Origin: the human T2T-CHM13v2.0 reference genome, Homo sapiens
Strand: one strand, 5' to 3'
Length of the DNA stretch: 64,000 nucleotides
Assembly: GCF_009914755.1 (NCBI RefSeq)
Contig: NC_060930.1
Both the position numbers and the translations under genes were made by a program. Below the pieces are notes generated by a model, which made no database searches, was not told where the DNA came from, and saw only the letters and a list, made by a program, of their open reading frames with translations. This document shows, piece by piece, positions 1 through 14,574 of the stretch; position 1 is the first letter of the stretch; the number at the start of each line of letters is the position of its first letter.

Positions 1-689
1 AAGTAAGAGAAACCCTTTTACGATAGATTAACTAAGAAAGAACTCATTTTTCTCAAGTAAGCTTCAGTCTGTAGGTAGGCAACCCAGGGCTGGTTACCTG
101 CTCAGGGAAACTGGCAGCTTCTGTCTTCCTGGAGGAAGCAGAAAGGCCCAGGGCAAGATGTTCATGCCAGCCAAGTCTGTTAATTTTTATCAGGGAAATA
201 ATAGTTCTCCTGGGTCTTCCACCCAATATACTTCTCCCCTCCTCTGGGCGGAATTGAGCCAAATGGTTATCTCTAGTTGCAAGGCAAGGTGAATATTTTA
301 ACTGGCCACCTTGCTACAGGGAAAAAAAATGGGATTAATCTTGTAAGTGAGAAGGAGAGAAAGGATGCTTGAGTAGGCAACTAGCAGTGTGTACCATAGT
401 GAGTTCCAGCAAATAGTTCTATCTTAAATACCATGTCTAGAGGCATGATCAGAGTGAAAACAATTCTGATTCTAGAATTCAGGTTACCTGTAATTATATT
501 CTGAAAGAATGATAGGTTGAAAATATGAGTATTAAAAGACAAAATTGGAACCAAGTACAATTTCTCCATTTGTCTTATAGGGGAATATATGAAAAGTTGA
601 GATAAATTAATCTCTTTTCTTCAAAAAAATAACACTGTGAAATGAACATGAAAAATGTTTATTGCATCTGGTTTTTTTCCTCTATGTTT

Positions 690-1550
690 TATTTCAGTAA
701 AATACAGATAACATAAAATTTATTATTTTAGCCATTTGAAATGTACATACATCTTGTTATATAACCATCACTACCATCGTTCTCCTGAATTCTTTTCTTG
801 TTGAAAAACTGAAAATATATACCCATTAAACCAGGGGTCCCCAAGCCCTGGGCCACAGGTCGCTACTAGTCTGTTGCCTGTTAGGAGGCGAGTCACACAG
901 CAGGGGGTGAGCGGTGGGTAATCGAGCATTACCTCCTGAGCTCTGCCTCCTGTCAGATCAGCAGCGGCATTCGATTCTCATAGGAGCACGAACCCTATTG
1001 TGGACTGTGCATGTGAGGGATGTAGGTCGTACACTCCTTATTAGAATCTAACTAATGCCTGATGATCTGTGGTGAAACAGTTTCATCCCGAAACCACTCC
1101 CCCACTGCCTCCCCCACTGCCCCGCCCATGGAAAAATTGTCTTTCACAAAACCGGTTCCTTTTTGGTGCCAAAAAGGTTAGGGACCGCCACATTAAACAA
1201 CAACTCCTCACTCCTCTCTCCTCCTAGCCCTTGGCAACCACCATTTTACTTTCACTATTCTAGGTACCTCATGTAAGTGGAATCATACCATAGTTTTCTT
1301 TATGTGACTGGCTGTGTCACTTAGCACACTGTCCTCCATGTTCATCCATGTTGTAGCATGTGTCTGAATTTCCTTTCTCTTCAAGGCTGGTTATTATTCC
1401 ATTTTATGTAAATATCACATTTTGCTAATTAATTGATCTGTTTGTGGACACTTGGGTTGCTTCCATCTTTTAGCTTTTGTGAATAGCGTTCCTATTAACA
1501 TGGATGTACAAATATCTCTGAGATTCTGCTTTCAGTTCTTCTGGTTATAT
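690..1550 (-). mobile_element. Old L1M (L1MA/MB-type) 3' fragment interrupted by MER1B
   Basis: Antisense L1 3'UTR motifs (ctagcccttggcaaccaccatt, gtaagtggaatcat, gttcatccatgttgtagcatg); boundaries approximate. Confidence 0.75.
832..1190. mobile_element. MER1B-like hAT-Charlie DNA transposon
   Basis: Starts caggggtcccc; perfect 8-bp TSD CATTAAAC at 824-831 and 1191-1198. Confidence 0.88.
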
Positions 1551-2339
1551 CATTGCATATGCTTTTTACTCAGATCCCGTTTCTCCTTGACATAACCCTA
1601 GGTAATGGTAGTTAGCTTACTCTTATCTTGAGGGAAATGCTAAAGTTTTGAGGAAAGATCATTCATCCAAATCTTTTTGTTTGATTCACTCTTGCTAACC
1701 TCCAAGAAAAATTTGTGATCACGAGTTATATTTTATACAGTCCATAGGTTCAGGGAAGGGAGTAATTCTAGTGTTCCTAAAAGATGCCATTGCAGTGCTG
1801 TAATGCAGAAAAACGCTAGGTTTTGGGGTGTCCTTAGGAAGGAGACAAGAAAGAAAACAGAGAACGTTATCCTTCCTTTGCAAAGCCATGTTGACTGTGC
1901 ACATGGATTACGATCTGAGATTCTGGTCTCCTACTTAAATGATTTAACAGTGGAAGGTATTCTAGTGAAGGAAACCCAAGTCCCGGAGCGAATGCATTTG
2001 TTACTTTTGTAAAACTGACTAAGGTGATCAGTACTCTTCAGTCTAAAAATATGAAAGTGGAAAGAAGACATACTTACCAGCTATAAGCTTATTTCAGAAA
2101 AGCAAACATAAACTTATTCTTCTAACCTTCAACAGTTATCTGGACTTTTTGATGCTTAAAAGACCAGCAAATGTTCAAGACAAATGAGAGGAAGAGCTAT
2201 TTTACACTGAAGATATAATTAGCAAGTTTGCAGTACCCAGTGATAGTATAGACTGAATTTACAAATTTTTTCTTTTAAAGGCAATAAATGTCAGACTCAC
2301 AGTAGACTATTAAATAAAGACAGTGCTGCCAGAACTCTA

Positions 2340-2678
<339 letters not shown>

Positions 2679-2811
2679 TGAAGGAAGTCATTAGGAAAGT
2701 GAGTGGCCTGTAAATGAAGTTTCTTGCGCTTTTGCTCAGGCAATGGATTTTATCTGTCCCCCTCATCCAACCCTACCTGAATGAGCTTTTTAATTAAAAA
2801 ATTCATTAGTA

Positions 2812-3107
2812 AGGCTGGGAGCAGTGGTTCATGCTTGTTATCCCAGCACTTTGTGTGGTGTAGGCGGGCGGACTGCTTGAGCCCCGGAGTTCGAGACCAG
2901 CCAGGGCAACATGGCGAAACCTCGTGTCTACAGAAAAATACAAAAATTAGCCAGGCATGTTGGCACATGCCCTCCAGGTACCTGGGAGGCAGAGGTGGGA
3001 GAATCGCTTGAGCCTCGGAAGTTGAAGGCTGCAGTGAGCCGTGATCATACTACTGCACTCAAGCCTAGGTGACAGAGTGAGACTCTGTCTCAAACAAACA
3101 AACAAAA
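2812..3107 (+). mobile_element. Alu (AluJ-like)
   Basis: ggctgggagcagtggttcatgc... with (CAAA)n tail. Confidence 0.93.
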
Positions 3108-3769
3108 AGTATTAGTAGTTTATGTGAACCTTTTCATAGTTATGAAAATTAAAAATAAGAATATGTATTTTTCAATATGAGACTAAACCTTTCAATTATT
3201 TTATTTATTAACTTCCAATTTATACCCTTTTAGGCAAAGAGTTCTGTGATTTATGGGCCAATTTTTAAACTGTGATGTCCATGGGAAGAAATTTTTAGCC
3301 CTGAGTTTTGAAGGGGAATGCAGTGTTCCTTTCTGACTTGTTTTTCCTGCTTATTATAAATATTTATCTTGGACAAAGGATTGCATTTTAGCGGATGTGC
3401 AATTTTACAAATTTAATTATTAAAATGACTCTTCTTCCTTTTTTTATGATCTTACATTTTGTTTTTAACTTGTCATGGCGGATATTAAAACACTCCAAAT
3501 AAAGACAAAAAAACTCAATATAAAAAAAAACCAAAAACCACTTCCGAAATACTCCATTTTTTCTTATTTAAAAAAATGCTATTTATAGTAGTAGTTGGCA
3601 TTTCATCAAAGTACATAAGCAAAGGACAGATACTCCTCATTTTTTCCCAGGTTTCTATTCTTTTTCTGAAAGTGAGTAAAATATTAGGCTTTGGAGAAAG
3701 TCTAGGTAGTTTGGTGTGATCTGTTGGTAGCATTTTGTTTTGCCTTAATCTTCTATTTTTTTCTTCCCA

Positions 3770-4071
3770 TTTTATTTATTTATTTTTTTGAGATGGAGTC
3801 TCATTCACTTTGTCGCCCAGGCTGGAGTGCAGCGGCGCGATCTTGGCTCACTGCAACCTCCGCCTCCTGGGTTCAAGAGATTCTCATGTCTCAGCCTCCT
3901 GAGTAGTGGAAATTACAGGTACGTGCCACCATGCCTGGCTAATTTTTGTATTTTTAGTAGAGATGGTGTTTCACCATATTGTCCACTTCTTGAACTCCTG
4001 ACCTTAAGTGATCCTCCTGCCTTGGCCTCCCAAAGTGCTGAGATTACAGGCATGAGCCACCATGCCCGGCC
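3770..4071 (-). mobile_element. Alu (AluS)
   Basis: Antisense Alu dimer. Confidence 0.95.
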
Positions 4072-4945
4072 TTCTTCCCATTTTAATAACTAATGATTTT
4101 GCCTTAAAATACTTGAATTTATTGCAAAAGGTGTATTTTAAATGATTCAGCTCCCTCTTCCACGGTGTTTCTGTAGTGAATAGACTGGAAGCTGGGAAGA
4201 AAGTGACCTCCATAAACACAGTTATTTTACATTATTTCTCTCTCTGAAGAGAGAATTAGCACTCTTTTTCACTTCCAAGTGGAAAACCCACTGGACAGGC
4301 AGGTGCAAATAAAGCAATGTAAACCGGCAAGTTTCATTTTTAGAAATATGTGGGCTTTATCCAGTTTAGGAGCTTAGCTCCCGATACATTTCTGTCTCCC
4401 ATCCTTTGGGATTTGGGAGCTTTTTTTGTTTTTGGTTGAGTGTTGGCATCTACAGTATCTCCCTTCCTCCTAGATCCTTCCTGTCTGCATGTAAATACAG
4501 ATATGCAGAAGTCTCCCTTATTCTTACCATCCTCCACCAAAGCAGACAGACCCGCAGACAGACAGACCTTGTGTCAGCCCAGTTTATTTTTTAGCTGACA
4601 AATTCTCTTCCTTTCCTACTTGTCCTCATTAAAGTGGAGAAAAATACACCTTTTACAAGATGGGTGCATTAAAGAAAAAATGTTACAGAAGGTATTACGT
4701 ATTTATTACAAACTTAGAAAATATGGCTAACAAATAATAGAATATAAGAGTCACTCAGAATCTTCTAACGTACAGATACAGTGCTAACATTTTGGCTCTT
4801 GGCTTTCTGTCATACGTACACTTACGTATAAGTGAAGCACTGTGTATATTCTTTAATGACCTGCTTTATTACCCCTTAATACATTGTGAAAATCCTTCCA
4901 TGTCTTTCCATATTCATTATATGTATCTGAATATCATTTTTTTAA

Positions 4946-5440
<495 letters not shown>

Positions 5441-5581
5441 CTAGTATCCTTTTTAATGCATGAAAATATACTTTTAAACAGTTCTCATGGATGGACACTG
5501 GGAAAGCTAGATGCCTGTGAGAGTTTGAGCTCCTCAGTGTGAAGACCCTCTCCTGTCTGCTCTAATGTTGCATTTTCCTGG

Positions 5582-6031
5582 TATGAACCCTGAATATCTG
5601 ACAGAGGTCTCAGTTAATTTAGAAAGTTTATTTTGCTAAGATTGAGAGTGTGTGCCTGTGACACAGCCTCAGGAGGTCCTGATGATATGTTCCCAAGGTG
5701 GTCAGAGCACAGTTTGGTTTTATACATTTTAGGGAGACATGAGACATCAATCAACATATGTAAGATGAACATTGGCTTGGTCTGGAAAGGCAGGACAACT
5801 CGAAGTGGGGACGGGGCTTCCAGGTCATAGGTTAATAAGAGACAAATGGTTGCATTCTTTTGAATATCTGATTAGCCTCTCCGAAGGAGGCAATCAGATA
5901 TGCATTTATCTCAGCGAGCAGAGGGGTGACTGAATAAAACGGGAGGCGGGTTTGCCCTAAGCAGTTCCCAGCTTGACTTTTCCCTTTAGCTTAGTGATTT
6001 TTGGGGCCCCACCGTTTATTTTCCTTTCACA
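5582..6031 (-). mobile_element. MER4A1-like ERV1 solo LTR
   Basis: Minus strand begins TGTGAAAGGAAAATAAA...GGGGCCCCAAAAATCACTAAGCTAAAGGGAAAAGTCAAGCTGGGAACTG; 4-bp TSD CTGG at 5578-5581 and 6032-6035. Confidence 0.88.
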
Positions 6032-6133
6032 CTGGGCTTGCTTGATAAGTTTACCTGAGTATGCTGCTAATCTCTCACATTTTTTGGTGCAAAGAGGAAT
6101 TTCTTTCCTTAATCAATTTCTTTCTGTGCTTAA

Positions 6134-6535
<402 letters not shown>

Positions 6536-6849
6536 TTTCCTTCATTACTCTTATAATAATTCAGTAGTCCAGTCCCAGCATGGGGGTGGGGGACTTGGAG
6601 TAATATTGGTCAAAGAATATAGTTTGACAGGAGGAATAACTTCAAGAGATCTATTGTACAAGGTGATGATTATAGTTAATAACAATTTGGTGTATACTTG
6701 AAAATAGCATAGAGAGCAGATTTTAAGTCTTCTCATCACAAATAAATGGTAAATATGTGAGGCAAAAGCACTAATAAATAAAATTTTGTCTCTTAAGAGC
6801 CATAGAGTCTAATTGAGAATAGAACGGGAGACACGCTGTATAATAATGA

Positions 6850-7640
6850 TCATGCCCATCCACCTCACCACGTCCCAGCAGCAACCTTCTCTCTTCAATT
6901 CAATACCTATTGCATCCACCTCCCCCTTTCTTGTCTCATTACTTCTCTACTCTTTCAGGCTCGCTGATGTCTAGCACGGGCAATTCTAATAAGCCTCAAA
7001 CTGGCTTACTTTCTTCCGGCCTCCCTCCCCATGAGTCCATTTTTCATGTTAATCTCACTAAAGCACCCTTCTGATCATGTCACGCTCTTGCTCAGGAAAA
7101 GCCAATGGCCCACATTACCTGCTCATTTAACCCCTTGCTGTGGCCTTCAAAGTCCTCTGCAATTTAACTGCAGCCTGTTCCAAAATTCAGTGGCATCACA
7201 GCTCTGATAAAAAACCACCCAGCCAAAGGAACCTCTTCACAGTTGTGTCTGCATCATGTTTTTAGGACTTTGCTGCAGCTGTTCTCTCTTCTACAAATGC
7301 CTTTCTAACCATTTTTACGTGCCCCAAACATAGTAATTCAAGATCTAGCTCAAATGCAACCTGTTCCTCAAATCTTTCCGTGATCCCCTTTTCATCCCCA
7401 TCAAGACATATTTGTCTATGAATTTATGAATGTATCTGTACCTGATATATTAGTTATAATTTTCTGTTGTCTTAGTCCCTTCCCCACTCATCCCAGGCCA
7501 CTGGACCACAGCTTCCTTGAAAGCAACATCTGGATCTCTTTTGGGACTGACACATAGTAGATGCTCTGTAAATGTTACTATTTCTTTGTACAGTGTTTTT
7601 CACAAAATAGTTGTACAACTAATTGTTATTAAATGACTAG
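6850..7640 (+). mobile_element. L2 3' fragment (preceded by a small L1M fragment at about 6590-6760)
   Basis: C/T-rich L2 motifs (ctgatcatgtcac, tctagctcaaatgc, cacatagtagatgctctgtaaatgtt); boundaries approximate. Confidence 0.65.
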
Positions 7641-7695
7641 AAAATATAAAACTTAAGACAACAAACATAACAAAGAGTTGGAAATATTCCCAGTT

Positions 7696-7988
<293 letters not shown>

Positions 7989-8168
7989 CCCAGTTCTTAT
8001 TATGTCAGTTTATTTGACTAGAAGTCTTACAAAATGACCTAAGCCAATTTGATTATGCGTAATTATAAATTATGGCTTTTTTTTGATTGGTAATGTTGGC
8101 TCCCAATGCCACTGTCTTCCTATAAGGGTCATAATAAAGGCAAGTTTCAGACCAAATCCTGCCATTAA

Positions 8169-8556
<388 letters not shown>

Positions 8557-8644
8557 CAGCTCTGTGTCCTTTTGAAGGTCATAGTTAAAGTAAATGCAGC
8601 AATATTCTAGAGCTGTATAATTTGGTGCATTGGGTGCTGAGTTC

Positions 8645-8900
8645 CTGAACTGTAGCTAGTCTGAATTGAAATAATGCTGTAAATGTAATATACACACAGG
8701 ATTTCAAAGGCTTAGTAAGAAAAAAAGACTATAAAATATATTTTCAAGATGTTTTAAAATATTGAGTATATGTTGAAATGATAATGTTTTGGAGATATTG
8801 GGTTAAATAGTACATATTACTAAAAATTCATTTTACCTGTTTTTTAATGCGGCTTTTAAAATTATGTATGTGACTTTCATTATCTTTTTATTAGACAATG
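8645..8900. mobile_element. MER33-like hAT-Charlie fragment
   Basis: gctagtctgaattga...atgttgaaatgataat...ggttaaata motifs. Confidence 0.6.
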
Positions 8901-9617
8901 TTGTCTTAGGGAGAGGATTTAGTCTTATAATCAGCAGCAGATAACTAAAATCCTCCAGCCAATGGCTGAACATAGGACCTTTAGGGATCTAGCCTCCCAG
9001 ACTCACTAGATTTTTATATTCTGTTTAATCAGTGGTGGGGCATGTCTAGAAAATATTTTGACCAATCCTTGTTCATTGAATAACACTAAAATCAACAGTG
9101 GGAGAATATTTCTAACATTCTAATTATGCCAATTATTAAGCCACAGTAAAAGCACATTTCTCATATTCATTAATTAACAAAGTCTCTGGTGTTGATGAAA
9201 ATAAAGATAACTGATGCCTTTGTAGTGGTCCACTCTGGAGTTTAGCCTTTCTAATTAAATTATAGCTGAACTTCTCTGGAATGTTATACTGGCTTGGCAC
9301 AAATGTGAGCCTCTAGTGTGGTTTGCACACTGGAATATGTGTGTCTTACTGTGATCTTGGCAAGCTTTTGTAGTGGTTAAGGCACCCAAGATAGCATCCT
9401 ACCTGTCTCTTTTCTTAGCGTTCCTTTCATAATTCTTCTTTTTGACTTTATAAAAGAAAGTCATACCTCTCACTCTCCTCAAATTTTACTGTGCTGCATT
9501 GCTGTGAGGCATCAAACAAGAGGACAATTTAAGAATGCAAAACAAAGAGCAATCCTTTACAAATTTTTTAAATGGCTGGTGCTTGTTGCATCCAGGGCAA
9601 GGCTTTGTGTCCAGCTG

Positions 9618-9683
9618 CCATCCATCCATCCATCCATCCATCCATCCATCCATCCATCCATCCATTCATCCATCCATCCATCC
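9618..9683. repeat. (CCAT)n tetranucleotide microsatellite, about 16 units with one interruption
   Basis: Directly visible. Confidence 0.97.
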
Positions 9684-10219
9684 CTTTATCTTAGAAAGAG
9701 AATTCTGAAGTGAGATGTTATTTGGAAACACCTATAACATGGTTTTTAAATCCAAAACCAAGTCAGACTCCTCTTGTCAGAAAATAAATCTGCTTTGGCT
9801 GATTAGTTTGACAGTGAGGACTAGTTTTGCCAATTAGGTACCAGAGGAGGCATTTTCTATTAATTGAATGAGCTAAATTTGCAACTCCTTAACAACATGC
9901 TAGAAATTACATCTTTTTCACGATTTAAATTTATGATAAATATCAGTTCTCAACTTTAAAATGTGCATGGAAATTCTTTTGGAAGTTCACGAACAAGAGT
10001 GTTTGAAGCTTCTGACTTAAACTAGTTTAACACAAGCATATTACACTTTGTATGTTGAAATCTTCTAAAGTATATTATAGACATTATATAGGAAGTTTTA
10101 AGAAGAAAAAGAAACGATGGAAAAAGGCAATCCAGAAGAGAAATGGTAGAAAGAGACTGACCCACATGGTGCAGGGAGCCCAGACTGGTACAGCAGGATG
10201 GCTCTGTGGCTGAGAATTC

Positions 10220-10249
10220 CAAGATGGCGGCCTGTGTCATGACACGTCA
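10220..10249 (+). promoter_or_regulatory. Candidate YY1 site plus bZIP (CREB3/XBP1-like) site
   Basis: Exact CAAGATGGCGGC (10220-10231) and TGACACGTCA (10240-10249); motif only. Confidence 0.4.
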
Positions 10250-10827
10250 GAGAAGGGTGTTGAAAAAGAATATTCAGTGACGCAGGATGGAGGGAGGTTT
10301 GAATGTTCAAAAAAGTAGAACAGGCAGAAGGAGGTGGGTTCTGAAAATGAAGAGGAGAGAAAGAGGGGGAGAGTCTTTGCTCCAATGATTCTCCAAATGA
10401 TGGGGTGTAGTAAAGAAGGCTTGGCAGATTTGTTTGAGGGGATGTTCATTGTGGCCCTTAAGGTTATGTAAACTTTTGTAGATGTCTAATCCTGACGAGC
10501 TGGAGACACTTTCTCTTTGACCCATGAGTTTTTTGAGGTTGCATTGTTCTTTGATGCTACCTGGAGACTCTCCTGTCTGGAAGAATGGAAAGATCAGTGC
10601 TTTAATGTATGTGGATTGCTGTTGTCTGGGTCTTGTCTATCTCAAGGTGTTGTATGGGCTCTGACACACAGAGGACTAAATTGAAGTAAGGAAGCAAGCC
10701 AAACTGTATTATTGCTGGTCCATTTTATCCATTGGAGTTGTTGGCTTCAGAATGTCATCATTGGCTTTTACAATGCTCATTCACTGCTTGATGCTTTTCA
10801 ATTTATTATTGAATTATCATATATATG

Positions 10828-11154
10828 TGTATTAGTCTCTTCTTATGCTGCTAATAAAGATATGCTGGAGACTAGGTAATTTATAAAGAAAAAGAGGTAT
10901 AACGGACTCATAGTTCCACGTGGCAAAGGGACGTCTCTCATGGCAGCAGGCAAGAGAGAATGAGAGCCAAAGGAAAGGGGAAACCCCTTATAAAACCATC
11001 AGCTCTCATGAGACTTATTCATTACCACAAGAACAGTATGGGGTAAACCACCTCCATGATTTATCTTCTACCAGGTTCCTCCCATAACCCATGGGAATTA
11101 TGGGAGCTATAATTCAAAATGAGATTTGTGTGAGGACACAGACAAACCATATCA
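10828..11154 (-). mobile_element. THE1B-like MaLR solo LTR
   Basis: tgtattagtc...aaaccatatca termini; perfect 5-bp TSD ATATG at 10823-10827 and 11155-11159. Confidence 0.92.
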
Positions 11155-12444
11155 ATATGTATTCTCTCACAATATATTTTTTATTTGACTATGATGACCC
11201 GGTGTCATGATCTTAGAAGACACATGGCATACAGTGAAAGGTTTCCTACATTAGCTCTATAGAAAACATAGCATTCCTATATATGCATCTGGAGAGATAT
11301 TTGGGTAAAGTATTGTTCTCTTTTTCTTTGGATATTTTATACATTTTTTTGTTTGAAAATTGCTGTTTCTTGGATATTATATTGTTTTATTCTGTGAATT
11401 TATGAGGAAGATCCCTCATAACATGAGGAAAATAATGAAATAAATAAAGTAATTAAAATGAGAAAAATATTATTTGAATAATTAGCAGTCTTACAAGGAC
11501 ATATTTTTGCTGCTATTTTGACAAGTAGAACTTGTCATGAGAAAGTCTGAAGGTCAAATCACTGGAATGGTTTTTACATTCAAAATGTTTTCCCCATTTT
11601 TTTTCCAGGCTTATACATCTAGAATTATATGTTAATGAGATAGTTGCTTTTTCTTGAGATTTCTGCAGACAGTTTGTAGAACATAATAGATGTTTATTTG
11701 ATAATAATAAAGTGAGGAATTTAATTTCATAGAAATTTTCTTTCATAAGTTTAGCCTTTTGTCAATCAATAAAAAAATGTTTTCTGTTGGCTTTTCATGA
11801 CAGTGACTCATATCATTATGACTAATTCACTGTGTCCTAAATAATCCCTCCTTGTTCTATGACATTTCTAGCAATTTTAATGAAAATCTTCACTCCAGGA
11901 CAAAAATTCAAAGTGAAGTGTTTGTATGTAAGGTTTACAATCTCTACCACCATAAATGGAGTCTGTTTTTCTGCATTTGCAACACATATAATATGGTTGA
12001 TAGAAAAGATGTTGAGTTTTTTTTTTTTTTTTTGCAAAATATATTTCTAGAGGAAAAGTTTCAAACAGTGTCGGATGCCTGTAAATCTTAGAAACATTCT
12101 TTCAGTTTAAGTTTAGGCGCTCTAGAAAGTGCAAGTAGAAAAACATTATCTCCTATATTCCTATGCATTGTTTAAAAAAACTTGAGTTTGTTGAAAAGAA
12201 AACAGGTTAAGAAGTAAATAAACTAAAATTAGAAGATGGAATTAATGGTTACATTTAATTCTGAAAATAACTATTTTGAGAGTAAATCAATCATTTGGCA
12301 ATATGGTGTGGATTAAATGTGAAAAAGCAATTTCTGAATCCCAGCTACTTCAGGTTAGCATGCTGTTAAACTTGAACTCATTCAGAAAGTCTTCAGGAGG
12401 TGTCTAAGTTTGGGGGTTTTGTTAGGTAGTTTCTGTGTTTTCAA

Positions 12445-13330
12445 AGTCAGTCTTACACTAGGATGGCTATACATTTTTTTTTAAAGGAAAATAACAAATA
12501 TTAGTGAGGATATGGAGAAATTGGAACTCTCATGCATTATGGTGAAAATGTAAAATGATGCAGCCACTATGGGAAATAGTTTGCTGGTTCCTCAAAAATC
12601 TAAACATAGAATTACTGTATATTAACCTAGCAATTTCACTCCTGCATCTACACCCAAAGGAACTGAAATCGGGAACTCAGATACTTGTACACCAGTGTTC
12701 ATTGTGACATTGTTCATAATAGCCAAAAAGTGGTCAACTAGTGCTCATCTTTAGACAAATGGATAAAGAAACTGTAGTTTATACACACAATGGAATATTT
12801 TTTACCCTTATAAAAGAATGAAGTTCTGATACAAGCTACAACATGGATGAAACCTTGAAAACATTATGCTAAATGAAATAAGCCAGACCCAAAAGGACAA
12901 ATATTGTATGATTCCACTTACATGACATATCTTAAATAGGCAAATGCATAGAAACGGACAGTAGATTAGCTATTACCAGGGGCTGGTGGGTATGGGGACT
13001 TATTGCTTAATGACAGCAGAGTTTATGTTCAGTGTGATGAAAAAGTTTTGGGACTAGATAGTGGTTATGGTTGTATAACACTGTAGGTGTAACTAATGCC
13101 ACTGAATTGTATGATTAAAAATGACTGAAATCACAAATATTGTTATGTATTTTACCACAATTAAAAAAAATCTATTAATATGCCAAAAACGATTGAATTG
13201 TAAACTTTAATTGGGTGAATTATATAGTAGGTGAATTTAAATGGGTAAATTGTATGGTAGGTGAGTTCTATGGTAGGTGTGTGGATGAATTGTATGGTAG
13301 GTGAATTTTATACCTCCATAAAACAGGTTT
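12445..13330 (+). mobile_element. L1MB-type 3' end
   Basis: ORF2 end and 3'UTR motifs (ggagaaattggaac, acatggatgaaaccttgaaaacattatgctaa, taatgccactgaattgta). Confidence 0.85.
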
Positions 13331-13578
13331 TTAAAAAGAGGCAGTCTTGTGAGTAGGAGGAGAGCTAGGTAAGGAGACATGAATCTTGATTTGATTTATG
13401 GCACCATCCAACTGCATGTCATGAGGGGTAAGTCCTTGACCTCTCTGGTCACAGGATGGAATCCCATCAGGCACCCTCTTATATACTTCCTACTCCTGTC
13501 CTCTGTGGCTCCGTGATAGTAAGGTGGATAGTTTTGGTGGGTTAGGTTGGTTCTCAGCTGGAACAAATATGTTCCTCT

Positions 13579-13871
13579 GGCCAGGCACAGTGGCTCATGC
13601 CTGTAATCCCAGCACTTTGAGAGGCCAAGGTGGGTGGATCACGAGGTCAGGAGTTCGAGACAAGCCTGGCCAAGATGGTGAAACCCCGTCTCTACTAAAA
13701 ATACAAAAATTAGCCAGGCTTGGTGGCACACGCCTATAATCCTAGCTACTTGGGAGGCTGAGGGAGGAGAACCGCTTCAACCTGGGAGGCAGAGGTTGCA
13801 GTGAGCCAAGATCACACCATTGCACTCCAGCCTGGGCAATAAGAGCGAAACTCGGTCTTAAAAAAAAAAAA
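13579..13871 (+). mobile_element. Alu (AluS)
   Basis: Full dimer with A tail; TSD atgttcctctg. Confidence 0.95.
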
Positions 13872-14574
13872 TGTTCCTCTGATGCTGAACATGATATAAA
13901 TTCTAAATGCAGTCCAGATGTGGCTGTAGACATTCTAGGATCCCAAGGCTCCATAATTGCCTTCAGTTTTGGGCAGAGTGGATGGGTCATTGGGTCATGC
14001 TAGCAGAGCATGTGCTTGCTTAAGGAGGTTGATTTTTTTCAGATAATCTCGATTTTATTACAAGAACATTTTTAAAGCATATATTTTAACTCCATACCCT
14101 TCTTCTCTTTTATGGGCATATACAGTTTTCAGGATTGAAAACTTCTGAAATTTGGATTGTCTTAGCCTTATTTTGACATCATTAGATGTTATAGCCCTCT
14201 GTGTTTTCTTGTAGATACCAAAATTATATTAAACATGTTCTTTTTTGTGAGGTATTGAGTCTGAGGCTGAAATGAAGAGGTATTGACTAGGCTTATTCTA
14301 TCTAGAATGTCCTTCCCATCTTTGCATGAACCATACTTCATCTATTTTTCAAGATATATTTTAAAGCCTTCTTTCCATTAAATTATCTTTAACCTCCTCC
14401 TACATGGAAGTGCATTGAACACAGGCTCCACAGTCAGTTAGACCTGGTTCTCTCTGTGGCCCAGCATTTGCTGGGTGGGTGATGCTGGACAATTCATTTA
14501 ACTTCTGCCTCAGCCTTCTCCTTTGACAAGTGGAGTTGTTTTCCTTTCCCTTCTCACTTCCACCATTTCCACCT

